The notes: generated by a model not told the origin, from the letters alone. DNA of 45,933 nt from Actinomycetota bacterium (GCA_009886115.1 VFJJ01000035.1:1-45933), one strand, 5' to 3'. Counted from the stretch's first letter, positions 31,491-41,170 are shown. Numbers and translations are program-made.

Positions 31491-32765
31491 TTGGCGCCCT
31501 CGCCCGAGTACCGCCCGTCCACCCGACAGACCCGTGACCCCGAGGCGACGCTCGACCTCGGCTTGGCCTCGGGCGCGCTCGGCGACATCGCCGCCGAGGC
31601 CGGCCTGCGGCGGATCAACATGCTCGCGTGGCGCGATCTCGACGATCCCGAGGCCGGCGGCAGTGAGATCCACGCCGACCACATCGCCCGTCTCTGGTCC
31701 GCCGCCGGTATCGACGTCTCGGTGCGCACCTCGGGCGTCGTCGGGGCTCCGGCGCACGTCGACCGCTCGGGCTATCACGCTCTCCGGGCGGGTGGACGCT
31801 ACGGCGTGTTCCCCCGGGCTGCTGCGGCCGAGGCGCTCGGACGGCACGGCCCTCGCGACGGCCTGGTGGAGATCTGGAACGGCATGCCGTTCTTCTCGCC
31901 GTTGTGGGCCCGGGGGCCGCGGATCGTCTTCTGCCATCACGTGCACGCCGAGATGTGGCGGATGGTGCTGCCGCCGTGGAAGGCCCGCATCGGTGAGTTG
32001 ATCGAGTTCCGCCTCGCTCCTCCGCTGTACCGCGGTACCCGGATCGTGACGCTCTCGTCGTCGTCGCGCGACGAGCTGGTCGGCGACCTGGGCTTCCGTG
32101 AGGAGCTGGTGACCGTGGTGGCGCCGGGGATCGACCCGAAGTTCCGTCCCGGGGGCCGGCGATCGCAGCACCCGTCGGTGGTCGCCGTGGGTCGGCTCGA
32201 GCCCGTCAAGCGGTTCGATCTGCTCGTCGACGCCCTCGCCGAGCTCCGACGGCGTCATCCGGCGTTGCAAGCGACCATCATCGGCGAAGGCAGCGAGCGG
32301 GATGCGCTCGAGGCGCAGATCGCCGCGCTCGGTGCGTCGGAGTGGCTGCGACTTCCCGGACGGGTCGACGACGACACGCTCGTGAGGGCCTACCAAGAGG
32401 CGTGGACCGTGGTGTCGACGTCGAAGCGCGAGGGCTGGGGCATGACCCTCACCGAGGCCGCGGCCTGCGCGACGCCGGCCGTCGCGTCACGCATCGCCGG
32501 TCACGAGGACAGCGTCGAGCACGGGGTGAGCGGGCTGCTGGCGACCGACGACGAGTTCGTGACCCGTCTCGACGCCGTGCTCGGTGAGCCCGAGCTGCGA
32601 GATGCCCTGTCGCGTGGCGCCGAGGCCCGTGCCGCCCGATTCACCTGGCAGGCCACAGCCGAGGGAACCTTGACGGCCCTTGCCCACGAGGCGCACCGGT
32701 ATCGCCACCGGGCCCGGAACGCCCAGCGCCGGCACAGCTTTCGCAGGACGCCACCGTCCGAGTGA
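31491..32765 (+). CDS. GT4-family glycosyltransferase
   Basis: WRDL..PEAGGSE, HHVH, VGRL.P.KR, EGWGMTLTEA (Ex7E), P.VA; start codon uncertain. Confidence 0.88.
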   Translation: MAPSPEYRPSTRQTRDPEATLDLGLASGALGDIAAEAGLRRINMLAWRDLDDPEAGGSEIHADHIARLWSAAGIDVSVRTSGVVGAPAHVDRSGYHALRAGGRYGVFPRAAAAEALGRHGPRDGLVEIWNGMPFFSPLWARGPRIVFCHHVHAEMWRMVLPPWKARIGELIEFRLAPPLYRGTRIVTLSSSSRDELVGDLGFREELVTVVAPGIDPKFRPGGRRSQHPSVVAVGRLEPVKRFDLLVDALAELRRRHPALQATIIGEGSERDALEAQIAALGASEWLRLPGRVDDDTLVRAYQEAWTVVSTSKREGWGMTLTEAAACATPAVASRIAGHEDSVEHGVSGLLATDDEFVTRLDAVLGEPELRDALSRGAEARAARFTWQATAEGTLTALAHEAHRYRHRARNAQRRHSFRRTPPSE

Positions 32766-35700
32766 GCCCGGCTCCGAACCCCCAGGCGCTCGTCGCGCGG
32801 CTGCGACGCCGGCGAGGTCGGTCGAACCGGCCCGTCGCCGATCGGATCCGAGCCCGGCGTCGCCGTCGTGAGCGTTACGGGCCCGTCGCCCTCCTCGCCG
32901 TGGTCGCCTACGTTCCCTTGCTCCTGACAGCGAGGGGCCAGGTCGGCGCCGACACCAAGCAGTACCTGTATCTCGATCCCGGCCGGCTCCTCGAGCGGGC
33001 ACCGTCGCTGTGGGATCCCCACGTGGGCTTCGGCACGGTGACCCACCAGAACATCGGCTATCTCTGGCCGATGGGGCCCTACTACTGGCTCCTCGAGCGG
33101 CTCGGCGCGCCCGACTGGGTGGCCCAGCGCCTCTGGCTGGGATCGCTGTTGCTCTTCGCCGGCGCCGGGGTGCTCTGGCTGGCCCGGATGCTCGGACCGT
33201 TCGGCGAGCGCCGCAACCGGGGGGCCGCGGCCGTGGCCGCGCTCGTCTACATGCTCACGCCGTACACGCTCACCTATGCGGCCCGGATCTCTGCGATCCT
33301 GCTGCCGTACGCCGGACTGCCGTGGATGCTCGGCCTCGTCGTGGCGGCCCTGCGGCGAGAGGCAGCCGTTGTCGAGGAGCGGGCTGCGAAGCGCGACGCG
33401 GAGTCGGCCCAGCTCGAAGCGACGTCGATTGCCGAGGCCGGCTCCACCGGTCATCACCATCTGCCGTCGCTGTGGTCGGCGGTGCGGCACGTGCTCACGC
33501 GTTGGCGGCTCCCTGCCATCTTCGCACTGCTCGTCACCACGGTGGGCTCGGTCAACGCGACCGCCCTCATCTACGTGGGGCTGGCGCCGGCGCTCTGGTT
33601 CCCCTACGCGATCTGGTTCAACCGCGAGGTGCGCCCCCGTCAGGCGATCGGCGTCCTCGTGCGCATCGCGGTGCTCACCACCGTGACGCAGCTCTGGTGG
33701 ATCGCCGGCCTGCGCACCCAGGCTGGCTGGGGGCTCCCGGTCCTCGAGTTCACCGAGACGGTCGAGACTGTCTCGGAGACGGCGGTGAGCTCCGAGGTCG
33801 TCCGCGGCCTCGGCAACTGGTTCTTCTACGGCCACGACCGTCTGGGCGCCTGGATCGAGCCGTCGCTCCGGTACACCCAGGACGTCTGGCTCATCGCGAC
33901 GAGCTTCGCCATACCAGTCCTGGCCTTCGTGGCCGCCGCGTACACGCGTTGGAAGCATCGCCTGTACTTCATGGTGCTGTTCGCCGTGGGCGTGATATGC
34001 GCCGTCGGGACCCATCCCTACGACGATCCATCGCCGCTCGGGCGCGTGTTCAAGGCCGCGGCCGAAGGCTCGACGGCGGGGCTGGCGATGCGCTCCTCGC
34101 CCCGTGCGGCACCACTCGTGGCCCTGGCGCTGGCGTTCATGATCGGCACGGGTCTCGTCGCGCTCGGCCACTGGGCCACCGAGCGGCTGATTGCCGTGCG
34201 TCGCCCCCCGCGCGTGCGATGGCAACGCGTCCCCGTGCTGGCCACGTTGGCCGTCGGACTGTTGGCGGTGGTCAATGCCGCTCCGCTGTGGACGGGCACC
34301 GTGATCGGAGGGAATCTCCAACGTCCCGAGGATCTCCCCGAGTATTGGATCGCCGCGGCGGCAGCCCTCGACGCTGATCGTTCGACCGCCGCTCCGACTG
34401 CCGGCTCGACGGCTGGTTCCGAGCTCGACGGCGCCCTCGGCTCCACCGGCCCGGTCACTCGGGTCCTCGAGCTCCCGGGTTCAGACTTCGCGTCGTACCG
34501 GTGGGGCAACACGGTGGATCCGATCACCCCGGGGCTCATCGAGCGCCCCTGGGCCGCGCGCGAGCTGATCCCGTTCGGCTCCGCGGCGTCCGCCGATCTG
34601 CTCATCGCCCTCGATCGCCGGCTCCAGGAGGGCGTGCTCGACATCGACGCCATTGCGCCGATCGCCCGACTCCTCGGTGTCGGCGACATCGTGCTGCGTT
34701 CCGACCTCCAGTACGAGCGCTACCGCACCCCCCGGCCCCGCCCGACCTGGGACCGGTTCCTCGCGGCCGACGGGCTCCTGGCGCCCGAGTCGTTCGGAGA
34801 TCCGGTCCCGAACCGGGCTTCCAGCAAGCAGCCCATGATCGACGAGACCGAGCTCGCCATCCCGACGGATGCCCCCCATCCGCCTCCGGTGGCGATCTTC
34901 CCGGTCGCCGACAGCCGACCGATCGTCCGGGCGGAGCCCGTCGAGCAGCCGATCATCGTCGCCGGCGATGGCGAGGGCCTCGTCGACGCCGCCGCTGCGG
35001 GCCTGCTCGACGGCGATGCCGTCGTGGTCTACAGCGGCGACGTCACCGGCGATCTCGATCGTCTCCGCACGAGCTTCATGGCCGAGGGTGCCGACCTGGT
35101 CGTGACCGACAGCAACCGGCGTCGAGGTCAGCGGTGGGGGACGATCCGCGAGAACCTCGGCTACACCGAAGAAGCCGGCGAGCAGCCGCTGGTGGTCGAC
35201 CAGAAGGACAACCGCAACGAGGTGTTCCCCGACCGCGGCGACGAGGTCAAGACGGTCGCCGAGTACGACGGTGTCGCCTCGGTGCAGGCGTCGCACTACG
35301 GGAACCCGGTCTCGTACACACCCGAGGAACGCCCGGTCAACGCCTTCGACGGGAACCTCAGCACGCAATGGCGGGTGGGGGCGTTCGACGACGTCGACGG
35401 CGAGCGCATCGTGCTGCGCACCGATGCTCCGGTGGCCGCCGATCGGATCAACCTCGTGCAGCCCTTGTCCCCCTTGGGGAATCGGACCATCGCCCATGCG
35501 ACGGTGCGCTTCTTCGACGATGCCGGACGTGGGGTTGGCGCTCCGGTCGAGGTGGTGCTGGGCGCGTCGTCGCTCGAAGCGGTGGGCCAGGAGGTGCCGT
35601 TCGAGCGGCGCACGTTCTCTCGCATGGAGATCACCGTCGATCGCACCGACCTGGGCGATCTCGACGACTACCGCGGCGTCAGCGGCGTCGGCTTCGCCGA

Positions 35701-37657
35701 GATCCGGCTCTTCGACGGCGATCACCTGCCCGACGCGGACCCGGTCGTTCGTGCCCGCGAGGTCATCCGCCTGCCGGGTGACCTCCTCGCCGCTGTCACC
35801 GCGGCCGGTGGACCCGGAGCTTCCCTCGACCACCGGCTCGTGATCGTGATGTCGCGTCTGCGAGCCAACCCGGCCGAGCTGTTCCGATCCGATCCCGAGC
35901 TTGCGCTCGCCCGCCGGTTCGATCTGCCCGACGGGCGGTCGTTCGCCCTCACCGGCCAGGCCCGGATCTCTGATGCCGTGGCTGACGACGCGCTCGATGC
36001 TCTGCTCGGCCGCCCGGGCCTGGCCGAGGGCGCGCCCGTCGCCCGATCGTCCGACCGTCTGGCCGGCGCGCTGCGAGCCCGGGCCTCGGCGGCCTTCGAC
36101 GGCGACCCGACGACTGCGTGGACCCCCGGCCTCCACGAGCAGGTGGGGCAGTGGATCGAGATCGAGGCGCCGGCGCCCGTCACCTTCGACCGCATCGATC
36201 TCGTGGTCGTGGCCGACGGGCGCCACACGGTGCCGACGCGCATCCGGCTCGAACCCGACGGCGCCGACCCGGTCTCGCTCGAGCTCCCGCCGGTTCCCGA
36301 CGGAGCCGCCGAGAACGCGACGGCTCCGATGACCGTGACGCTGCCGTCGGCGATCACCGCGTCGAAGGTCAGGATCGTGATCGAGGCCACACGCATCGTC
36401 ACCGCGCGCGACGGTGGCGGTCTGGCCCAGCTCCCGGTCTCGCTGGCCGAGGTCGGGATTCCCGGCGTCACCATGGTCGCCGTCGCCGACTCGTTCCCCG
36501 CGGTGTGTCGTGACGATCTGCTCACGATCGATGGCCGTGGTGTCGGGGTGCTCGTCTCGGGCTCGACCGCCGACGCGCTCGACGGCGCGGGCCTCGATGT
36601 CGAGGCGTGCGTGGCCGAGGGCGTCACGCCGGTGATCGAGCTGGCTGCGGGTGAGCACGAGGTGCAGACGGCCGACCGGGCGATCGTGCCCCTCCAGCTC
36701 GACCGGCTCGAGCTGCGCTCCGACATCGGTGGTGCCCTTCCCGGCGCGGCGATGCTCCGGGCGTGGCCATCGCAGTTCGAGCCGGCGCCGGTGGTGGAGA
36801 TCCTCGAGAGCGATGCGACCTCGTTCGAGCTCGAGGTCTCGGGTGCGACCGATCCCTTCTGGCTCGTGCTGGGTCAGAGCCACAACGACGGTTGGGAGGC
36901 CGTGCTCTCCTCGGGTGCCCGCCTGGAAGGACCGCAGCGCTTCGACGGCTTCGCCAACGCATGGCATGTCGTGCCGGCCAGCGAAGGCGGGACCTTCAGG
37001 GTCGCCCTCGAGTGGGAGCCACAGCGCCTGGTCTGGGGCGCGTTGGCGACATCGTCGGTCGGCGCCGCCCTGTGCCTGTTGATCGTGGTCGGGGGCTGGC
37101 AGCGGGGTCGGCGTCGGCTCTGGGCGGCCCCGGAGGTGTCGGAGGCCGCCGACGGGCCCGTGGGCGACACCGATCGGGTGGAGGTTCGCGTCGACGCTGG
37201 GCCGGTGCTGCGCCCCGAGCAGATCACGCCGCCGCGTCCGTCGCGTACGGTGCTGGCTGCTCTCGCCGCTGGCGGCGCCACCGCAGCAGTCGTCGATCCC
37301 GTGTGGGGACTGGCCCTGATGGCGCTCACGGGGTGTGCGCTGCACCTCGGCGTGTGGTGGGCCCGGCTCCCGATACGGGTGCTGCCCTGGCTGATCGTCG
37401 CCGTGAGCGGGGCCTCGGTGGCGGCGCGTCAGCTCCGCAGCGGATTCCCCCTCGAGTTCGCCTGGACCTCGAACTTCGAGGCCCTGCACCAGCCCGTGTT
37501 GTTCGCCATGATGGTGCTCGTGGTCGATGTTGTCATCGAACGGTTCGCGAACCCGGCGGACGGCCGTGCTTCACGGCGACGGGTCAGGCTCGATCGCGGC
37601 GCCGGCGAGCCCATTCCGAGCATTGCCGGAGCCGATCGCGAACCCCCCAGATCGTGA
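32762..37657 (+). CDS. AftD-like alpha-(1->3)-arabinofuranosyltransferase family protein (DUF3367 GT-C + discoidin/CBM32-like domains)
   Basis: ADTK..LY.DP, LWDP...G...HQ..GYL.PMGP, W..QRLW, P.YW, Y.WG...D; two AFDG...T.W modules; C-terminal N.GW.A..DGFAN.W and TM helices; 1631 aa. Confidence 0.85.
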   Translation: MSPAPNPQALVARLRRRRGRSNRPVADRIRARRRRRERYGPVALLAVVAYVPLLLTARGQVGADTKQYLYLDPGRLLERAPSLWDPHVGFGTVTHQNIGYLWPMGPYYWLLERLGAPDWVAQRLWLGSLLLFAGAGVLWLARMLGPFGERRNRGAAAVAALVYMLTPYTLTYAARISAILLPYAGLPWMLGLVVAALRREAAVVEERAAKRDAESAQLEATSIAEAGSTGHHHLPSLWSAVRHVLTRWRLPAIFALLVTTVGSVNATALIYVGLAPALWFPYAIWFNREVRPRQAIGVLVRIAVLTTVTQLWWIAGLRTQAGWGLPVLEFTETVETVSETAVSSEVVRGLGNWFFYGHDRLGAWIEPSLRYTQDVWLIATSFAIPVLAFVAAAYTRWKHRLYFMVLFAVGVICAVGTHPYDDPSPLGRVFKAAAEGSTAGLAMRSSPRAAPLVALALAFMIGTGLVALGHWATERLIAVRRPPRVRWQRVPVLATLAVGLLAVVNAAPLWTGTVIGGNLQRPEDLPEYWIAAAAALDADRSTAAPTAGSTAGSELDGALGSTGPVTRVLELPGSDFASYRWGNTVDPITPGLIERPWAARELIPFGSAASADLLIALDRRLQEGVLDIDAIAPIARLLGVGDIVLRSDLQYERYRTPRPRPTWDRFLAADGLLAPESFGDPVPNRASSKQPMIDETELAIPTDAPHPPPVAIFPVADSRPIVRAEPVEQPIIVAGDGEGLVDAAAAGLLDGDAVVVYSGDVTGDLDRLRTSFMAEGADLVVTDSNRRRGQRWGTIRENLGYTEEAGEQPLVVDQKDNRNEVFPDRGDEVKTVAEYDGVASVQASHYGNPVSYTPEERPVNAFDGNLSTQWRVGAFDDVDGERIVLRTDAPVAADRINLVQPLSPLGNRTIAHATVRFFDDAGRGVGAPVEVVLGASSLEAVGQEVPFERRTFSRMEITVDRTDLGDLDDYRGVSGVGFAEIRLFDGDHLPDADPVVRAREVIRLPGDLLAAVTAAGGPGASLDHRLVIVMSRLRANPAELFRSDPELALARRFDLPDGRSFALTGQARISDAVADDALDALLGRPGLAEGAPVARSSDRLAGALRARASAAFDGDPTTAWTPGLHEQVGQWIEIEAPAPVTFDRIDLVVVADGRHTVPTRIRLEPDGADPVSLELPPVPDGAAENATAPMTVTLPSAITASKVRIVIEATRIVTARDGGGLAQLPVSLAEVGIPGVTMVAVADSFPAVCRDDLLTIDGRGVGVLVSGSTADALDGAGLDVEACVAEGVTPVIELAAGEHEVQTADRAIVPLQLDRLELRSDIGGALPGAAMLRAWPSQFEPAPVVEILESDATSFELEVSGATDPFWLVLGQSHNDGWEAVLSSGARLEGPQRFDGFANAWHVVPASEGGTFRVALEWEPQRLVWGALATSSVGAALCLLIVVGGWQRGRRRLWAAPEVSEAADGPVGDTDRVEVRVDAGPVLRPEQITPPRPSRTVLAALAAGGATAAVVDPVWGLALMALTGCALHLGVWWARLPIRVLPWLIVAVSGASVAARQLRSGFPLEFAWTSNFEALHQPVLFAMMVLVVDVVIERFANPADGRASRRRVRLDRGAGEPIPSIAGADREPPRS

Positions 37658-38453
37658 CCAGGGTGAGCGCTTCGCCCACGATCCTCCACGACATCTTCGA
37701 GTCGCCCCGGGCCCGCTCCCTGAAGGTGATCGGCACCTCGCTCATGGTCGCGCCCAGGCGGTGGAAGCGATACGCCATCTCCACCTGGAACGCGTAGCCC
37801 GACGAGCGCACCCCGGTGAGGTCGAGGGTCCCGAGGATCGAGCCCCGGTACGCCCGGAACCCGGCGGTCGCGTCACGGAGCGGGAACCCGAGCATCACAC
37901 GGGCGTACCAGTTCCCGGCCCGGGAGATGAGCTCCCGGTTGCGTGGCCAGTCGACCACCGAGCCGCCCTCGACCCATCGGGATCCGATCACCAGGTCGGC
38001 ACCGGCATCGATCGCGGCGAAGAGCGACGGCAGGACCAACGGATCGTGTGAGAGGTCGGCGTCCATCTCGACGATCGTCTCGTAGTCGCGCTCCAGACCC
38101 CACCGGAACCCGGCGCAGTAGGCCGCGCCGAGCCCGTTCTTCTCGGTCCGACGCAGCACGTCGATGCCGCCGAGCAACTCGCGCTGCTTGTCGGCCAGGT
38201 CGGCCGTCCCGTCGGGACTGCCGTCGTCGACGACGAGCACGTGGGCGCTCGGGACCGCTGCCCTGATGCGGCCGAGGATCTCCTCGACGTTCAACGCCTC
38301 GTTGTACGTGGGCAGCACCACCAACTGGCGCAAGGGGGCGGGGATCGGGGCCGGGGCCGCGTGGTCGAGGGCGCGCTCGTCCGAGTCGTCGCGGTCAGAT
38401 CCGTGTGACGTGGCGGCACCGTCGGTCGACGCGCCCTCCTGCGGCTGCTTCAT
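37584..38453 (-). CDS. Polyprenol-phosphate mannose synthase-like GT2 (Ppm1/Dpm1 family)
   Basis: VLPTYNE..N, VDDGSPDGT, GLG.AY..GF, EMDAD.SH, IGSRWV.GG, D.TAGFR.Y, GY.FQVEM, F.ER..G.SKMS. Confidence 0.9.
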   Translation of the reverse strand: MKQPQEGASTDGAATSHGSDRDDSDERALDHAAPAPIPAPLRQLVVLPTYNEALNVEEILGRIRAAVPSAHVLVVDDGSPDGTADLADKQRELLGGIDVLRRTEKNGLGAAYCAGFRWGLERDYETIVEMDADLSHDPLVLPSLFAAIDAGADLVIGSRWVEGGSVVDWPRNRELISRAGNWYARVMLGFPLRDATAGFRAYRGSILGTLDLTGVRSSGYAFQVEMAYRFHRLGATMSEVPITFRERARGDSKMSWRIVGEALTLVTIWGVRDRLRQCSEWARRRRDRA

Positions 38454-38484
38454 GGAGGCCCGAGCATAGGGGTCGATGCTCCGG

Positions 38485-38949
38485 TCACGGCGAGTCGCCT
38501 CCAACCGGGAAACCGGCAGCGATCGACGCGTCGCGGAGGTCTTCCTTCCACGTCCGGAAGCGAACATGCGCGGTCCCGCTCGGCCCCCGACCCTCGCCCC
38601 GACCGTCGGGATACAGGCGGAACGAGAATCGGAGCGTGAGGTCGTCGGATGCCACCGCGAGATATCGCGCATCCCCCCGCGACGGCGGGCCGGCCCTCCA
38701 CAGCAACCACCGCCCGATGCGGCGCTTGTAGGCCACGAGCGGCTCGGCGATGTCGGCGCCGAGCCGCACGAGCTCGTCGGGCGCCTCGATCCAGGCCGTG
38801 GCCGGGATCGTCCGGTCGCGTTGGGGGGTGTCGGGAAGTTCGCTCGTATGGACGGGCGACGGGTCGAGCGGGCGTACCTGGTCGGGACGGGGTGGCGCGG
38901 GCCGGTTCGCCCCCGGGCGTGCCGGCTGGCGCGGATCGTTGGATGTCAC
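38485..38949 (-). CDS. Hypothetical protein, 154 aa
   Basis: GTG start overlaps the menE TGA; protein-like composition (YKRRIG.WLLWRAGP, F.F.L.PDG.G.G.GP.G..H.RFRTWKE). Confidence 0.65.
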   Translation of the reverse strand: MTSNDPRQPARPGANRPAPPRPDQVRPLDPSPVHTSELPDTPQRDRTIPATAWIEAPDELVRLGADIAEPLVAYKRRIGRWLLWRAGPPSRGDARYLAVASDDLTLRFSFRLYPDGRGEGRGPSGTAHVRFRTWKEDLRDASIAAGFPVGGDSP

Positions 38950-40172
38950 GGCATCTCCCCGTCGGGCTCGGTGTGCGGCATTGGGGGAACCGGGGACGAG
39001 CCGCCCGGGCTCAGGAGCCGGCGTAGCACCTTGCCTCCACCGGTTCGAGGGATCGAGGCCACGAGCACGAGCTCGCGTGGGAGCTTGGCGACGGCCAGGC
39101 GTTCTCGTGCGTGGGCCCGCAGCCCCTCCAGGGTCGGCGGGTCGGCGGCATCGACGGGAACGACGTGGGCGACGACCCGTTCGCCCCATTCGGCGTCGGC
39201 CCGTCCGGTGACGCACACGTCCTTGACGCCGGGCGTGTCGGCCAGCACCCGTTCGACCTCGGTGGGGCTGACGTTGACGCCGCCACTCACGACGAGGTCC
39301 TTGAGGCGATCGACCACCTGGAGGCGCCCGGCTGCCGTGAGGCAACCGGCGTCTCCGGTGTGGAGCCAGCCGTCTGCGTCGAGCGCCGCTGCGGTGAGCT
39401 CGGGACGGCTTCGATACCCGCGCATGAGCATCGGCCCTCGCAGCAGGATCTCGTGGTCTAGCGCCGCGCCCTCACGCCATGGGTGGGCGGGGTCGGCCCG
39501 GTCGACCGGCGGTGGCGCCAGCGCGATCTCGACCCCCGGGAGCGGACGCCCGTCGTACACGCAGCCGCCGCAGGTCTCGGTGAGCCCGTAGGTGGTGATC
39601 AGCTCGACTCCGGCAGCTCGTGCCCGCTCGCGTAGGCCGGGGGGAACGGGGCCGCCGCCGAGCAGCACCCGGCGAGCCCGCTCGAGTGGTGCGCCGGCGT
39701 CGAGCAGCCGGATCAGCGTGGTGGGCACGAGGGAGATCAGGTTGGCCCCGGCCGCCAGGCTGGCGCTCACCGCTTCGATGCTGAAGGCGTCATGGACCTC
39801 GACGGGCACGCCCGTGTAGCGCGAGCGGGTGAGGATCGCCAACCCTGCGATGCCATGCACCGGTAGACAGCACAGCCAACGATCGGCGTCGTCGCGGCCG
39901 AGCACGCTGTCGACCGCCCGGCTGGCCGCCTCGAGCGCCGCGTGCGTGATCTCGACCCCCCGTGGTTCACCGGTCGTGCCCGACGTCGCGACGACGAGCG
40001 CGACCCCGTCGGCGACGGGGCCGTCAACGTCGAGCGCTTCGAGCTGACGCGCGACCTCGGCCTGGGGAGCACGCGGGTCGAGCAGCACCACCGCATCGCC
40101 GTTGCGCCAGCAGGCGTCGATCGCCGCGGCAGCTTGGGTCGGTGCGATCGCGAGCGGGACCAGAGACGCCAC
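38946..40172 (-). CDS. menE: o-succinylbenzoate-CoA ligase (short actinobacterial type)
   Basis: TSGTTGEP.G AMP-binding loop, W.CCLP.HGIAG, SLVPT.L, LLGG, TYGLTET.GG, TGD.G, R.KD...SGG.NV.P, GK; divergent from menA. Confidence 0.8.
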   Translation of the reverse strand: MASLVPLAIAPTQAAAAIDACWRNGDAVVLLDPRAPQAEVARQLEALDVDGPVADGVALVVATSGTTGEPRGVEITHAALEAASRAVDSVLGRDDADRWLCCLPVHGIAGLAILTRSRYTGVPVEVHDAFSIEAVSASLAAGANLISLVPTTLIRLLDAGAPLERARRVLLGGGPVPPGLRERARAAGVELITTYGLTETCGGCVYDGRPLPGVEIALAPPPVDRADPAHPWREGAALDHEILLRGPMLMRGYRSRPELTAAALDADGWLHTGDAGCLTAAGRLQVVDRLKDLVVSGGVNVSPTEVERVLADTPGVKDVCVTGRADAEWGERVVAHVVPVDAADPPTLEGLRAHARERLAVAKLPRELVLVASIPRTGGGKVLRRLLSPGGSSPVPPMPHTEPDGEMP

Positions 40173-40195
40173 GCGGCGGTACGGTACTCGGGCCG
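40173..40195. promoter_or_regulatory. Putative bidirectional promoter for menE and menA
   Basis: 23-bp gap; TACGGTA core gives TACGGT (+, 40180-40185) and TACCGT (-, 40186-40181); no RBS on either side. Confidence 0.55.
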
Positions 40196-41116
40196 ATGAC
40201 CGCCGCACCCGCCTCCGCCCCGGCTCCGACACCCACGGGACTGCGCCTGTGGATCGCGGGCGCCCGTCCCCGCACCCTCGGCGCGGCGTTCGCCCCGGTG
40301 CTCGTGGGCACCGCGGTCGCCGGCTCCGCTGACGCCGTCGTGTGGTGGCGAGCCGGGGCTGCGCTCGTGGTCGCGCTGGCGCTGCAGGTGGGTGTCAACT
40401 ATGCGAACGACTACTCCGACGGGGTCAGGGGCAGCGACGCCGAGCGCCGAGGACCGTTACGCCTCACGGCATCGGGCCTGGCCCGGCCCGGGCAGGTGAA
40501 GTTGGCCGCCGGGGCCGCGTTCGCCGTGGCGGCCGTCGTGGGGCTGGTCGTGTCGATCGCCGTCGCCTGGTGGCTCGTGGCGGTGGGAGCTGCCTGCATC
40601 GTGGCTGCGGCGCTCTACACGGGCGGGCCGCGTCCCTACGGGTATTCGGGCCTGGGCGAGCTGATGGTCCTGGTGTTCTTCGGGTTCGTGGCCACGGTCG
40701 GATCGTCGTTCGTGCACACCGAGCAGATCACCGCACTGGCGATGGGCGGAGCGACGGTCGTCGGCCTGCTGGCGTGCGCCATCCTGCTCGTGAACAACGT
40801 GCGCGACATCGAGTCCGACCGGCTGGTGGGCAAGCGCACGCTGGCGGTGACGATCGGCTCCCGTTCGGCTCGGCGCCTGTACGCGGCGACCGTCGTTGGC
40901 GCGTTCGTGGCCGTGGCCGTCATCGGGCTCTCCCGGCCGTGGGCGCTGATCGCGCTGACCGCGCTGCCGCTGGCCGTGCGCCCGGTGCGCACGGTGCTCT
41001 CTGGAGTCACCGCCGCCGAACCCGGTGGCGTGGCGCGCCTCGTGGGAGCGCTCGTTGCGACCTCGCGCCTCGAGGTCGTGGTGGGCGTGCTGCTCGCCGC
41101 CGGTCTCTGGATCTGA
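40196..41116 (+). CDS. menA: 1,4-dihydroxy-2-naphthoate polyprenyltransferase
   Basis: W..GARPRTL, QVGVNYANDYSDG..G.D, YTGGP.PYGY.GLGE, L.VNN.RD..SD...GKRTLAV. Confidence 0.95.
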   Translation: MTAAPASAPAPTPTGLRLWIAGARPRTLGAAFAPVLVGTAVAGSADAVVWWRAGAALVVALALQVGVNYANDYSDGVRGSDAERRGPLRLTASGLARPGQVKLAAGAAFAVAAVVGLVVSIAVAWWLVAVGAACIVAAALYTGGPRPYGYSGLGELMVLVFFGFVATVGSSFVHTEQITALAMGGATVVGLLACAILLVNNVRDIESDRLVGKRTLAVTIGSRSARRLYAATVVGAFVAVAVIGLSRPWALIALTALPLAVRPVRTVLSGVTAAEPGGVARLVGALVATSRLEVVVGVLLAAGLWI

Positions 41117-41125
41117 GCCTGAGCA

Positions 41126-41170
41126 GTGAGCGGGCAGGGTGAGCGGGCAGGGTGAGCAGGCACGGTGAGC
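41126..41170. repeat. 13-bp tandem repeat GTGAGCGGGCAGG (about 3.5 copies)
   Basis: Two exact copies, one degenerate copy and one partial copy between the convergent menA and menH genes. Confidence 0.7.

Noticed and set aside
34481..37489. 1002-aa antisense ORF and similar long shadow ORFs (for example 8505-10427, 29608-32001, 22285-24420)
   Set aside because: Expected opposite or overlapping GC-rich genes; no recognisable motifs and biased composition.
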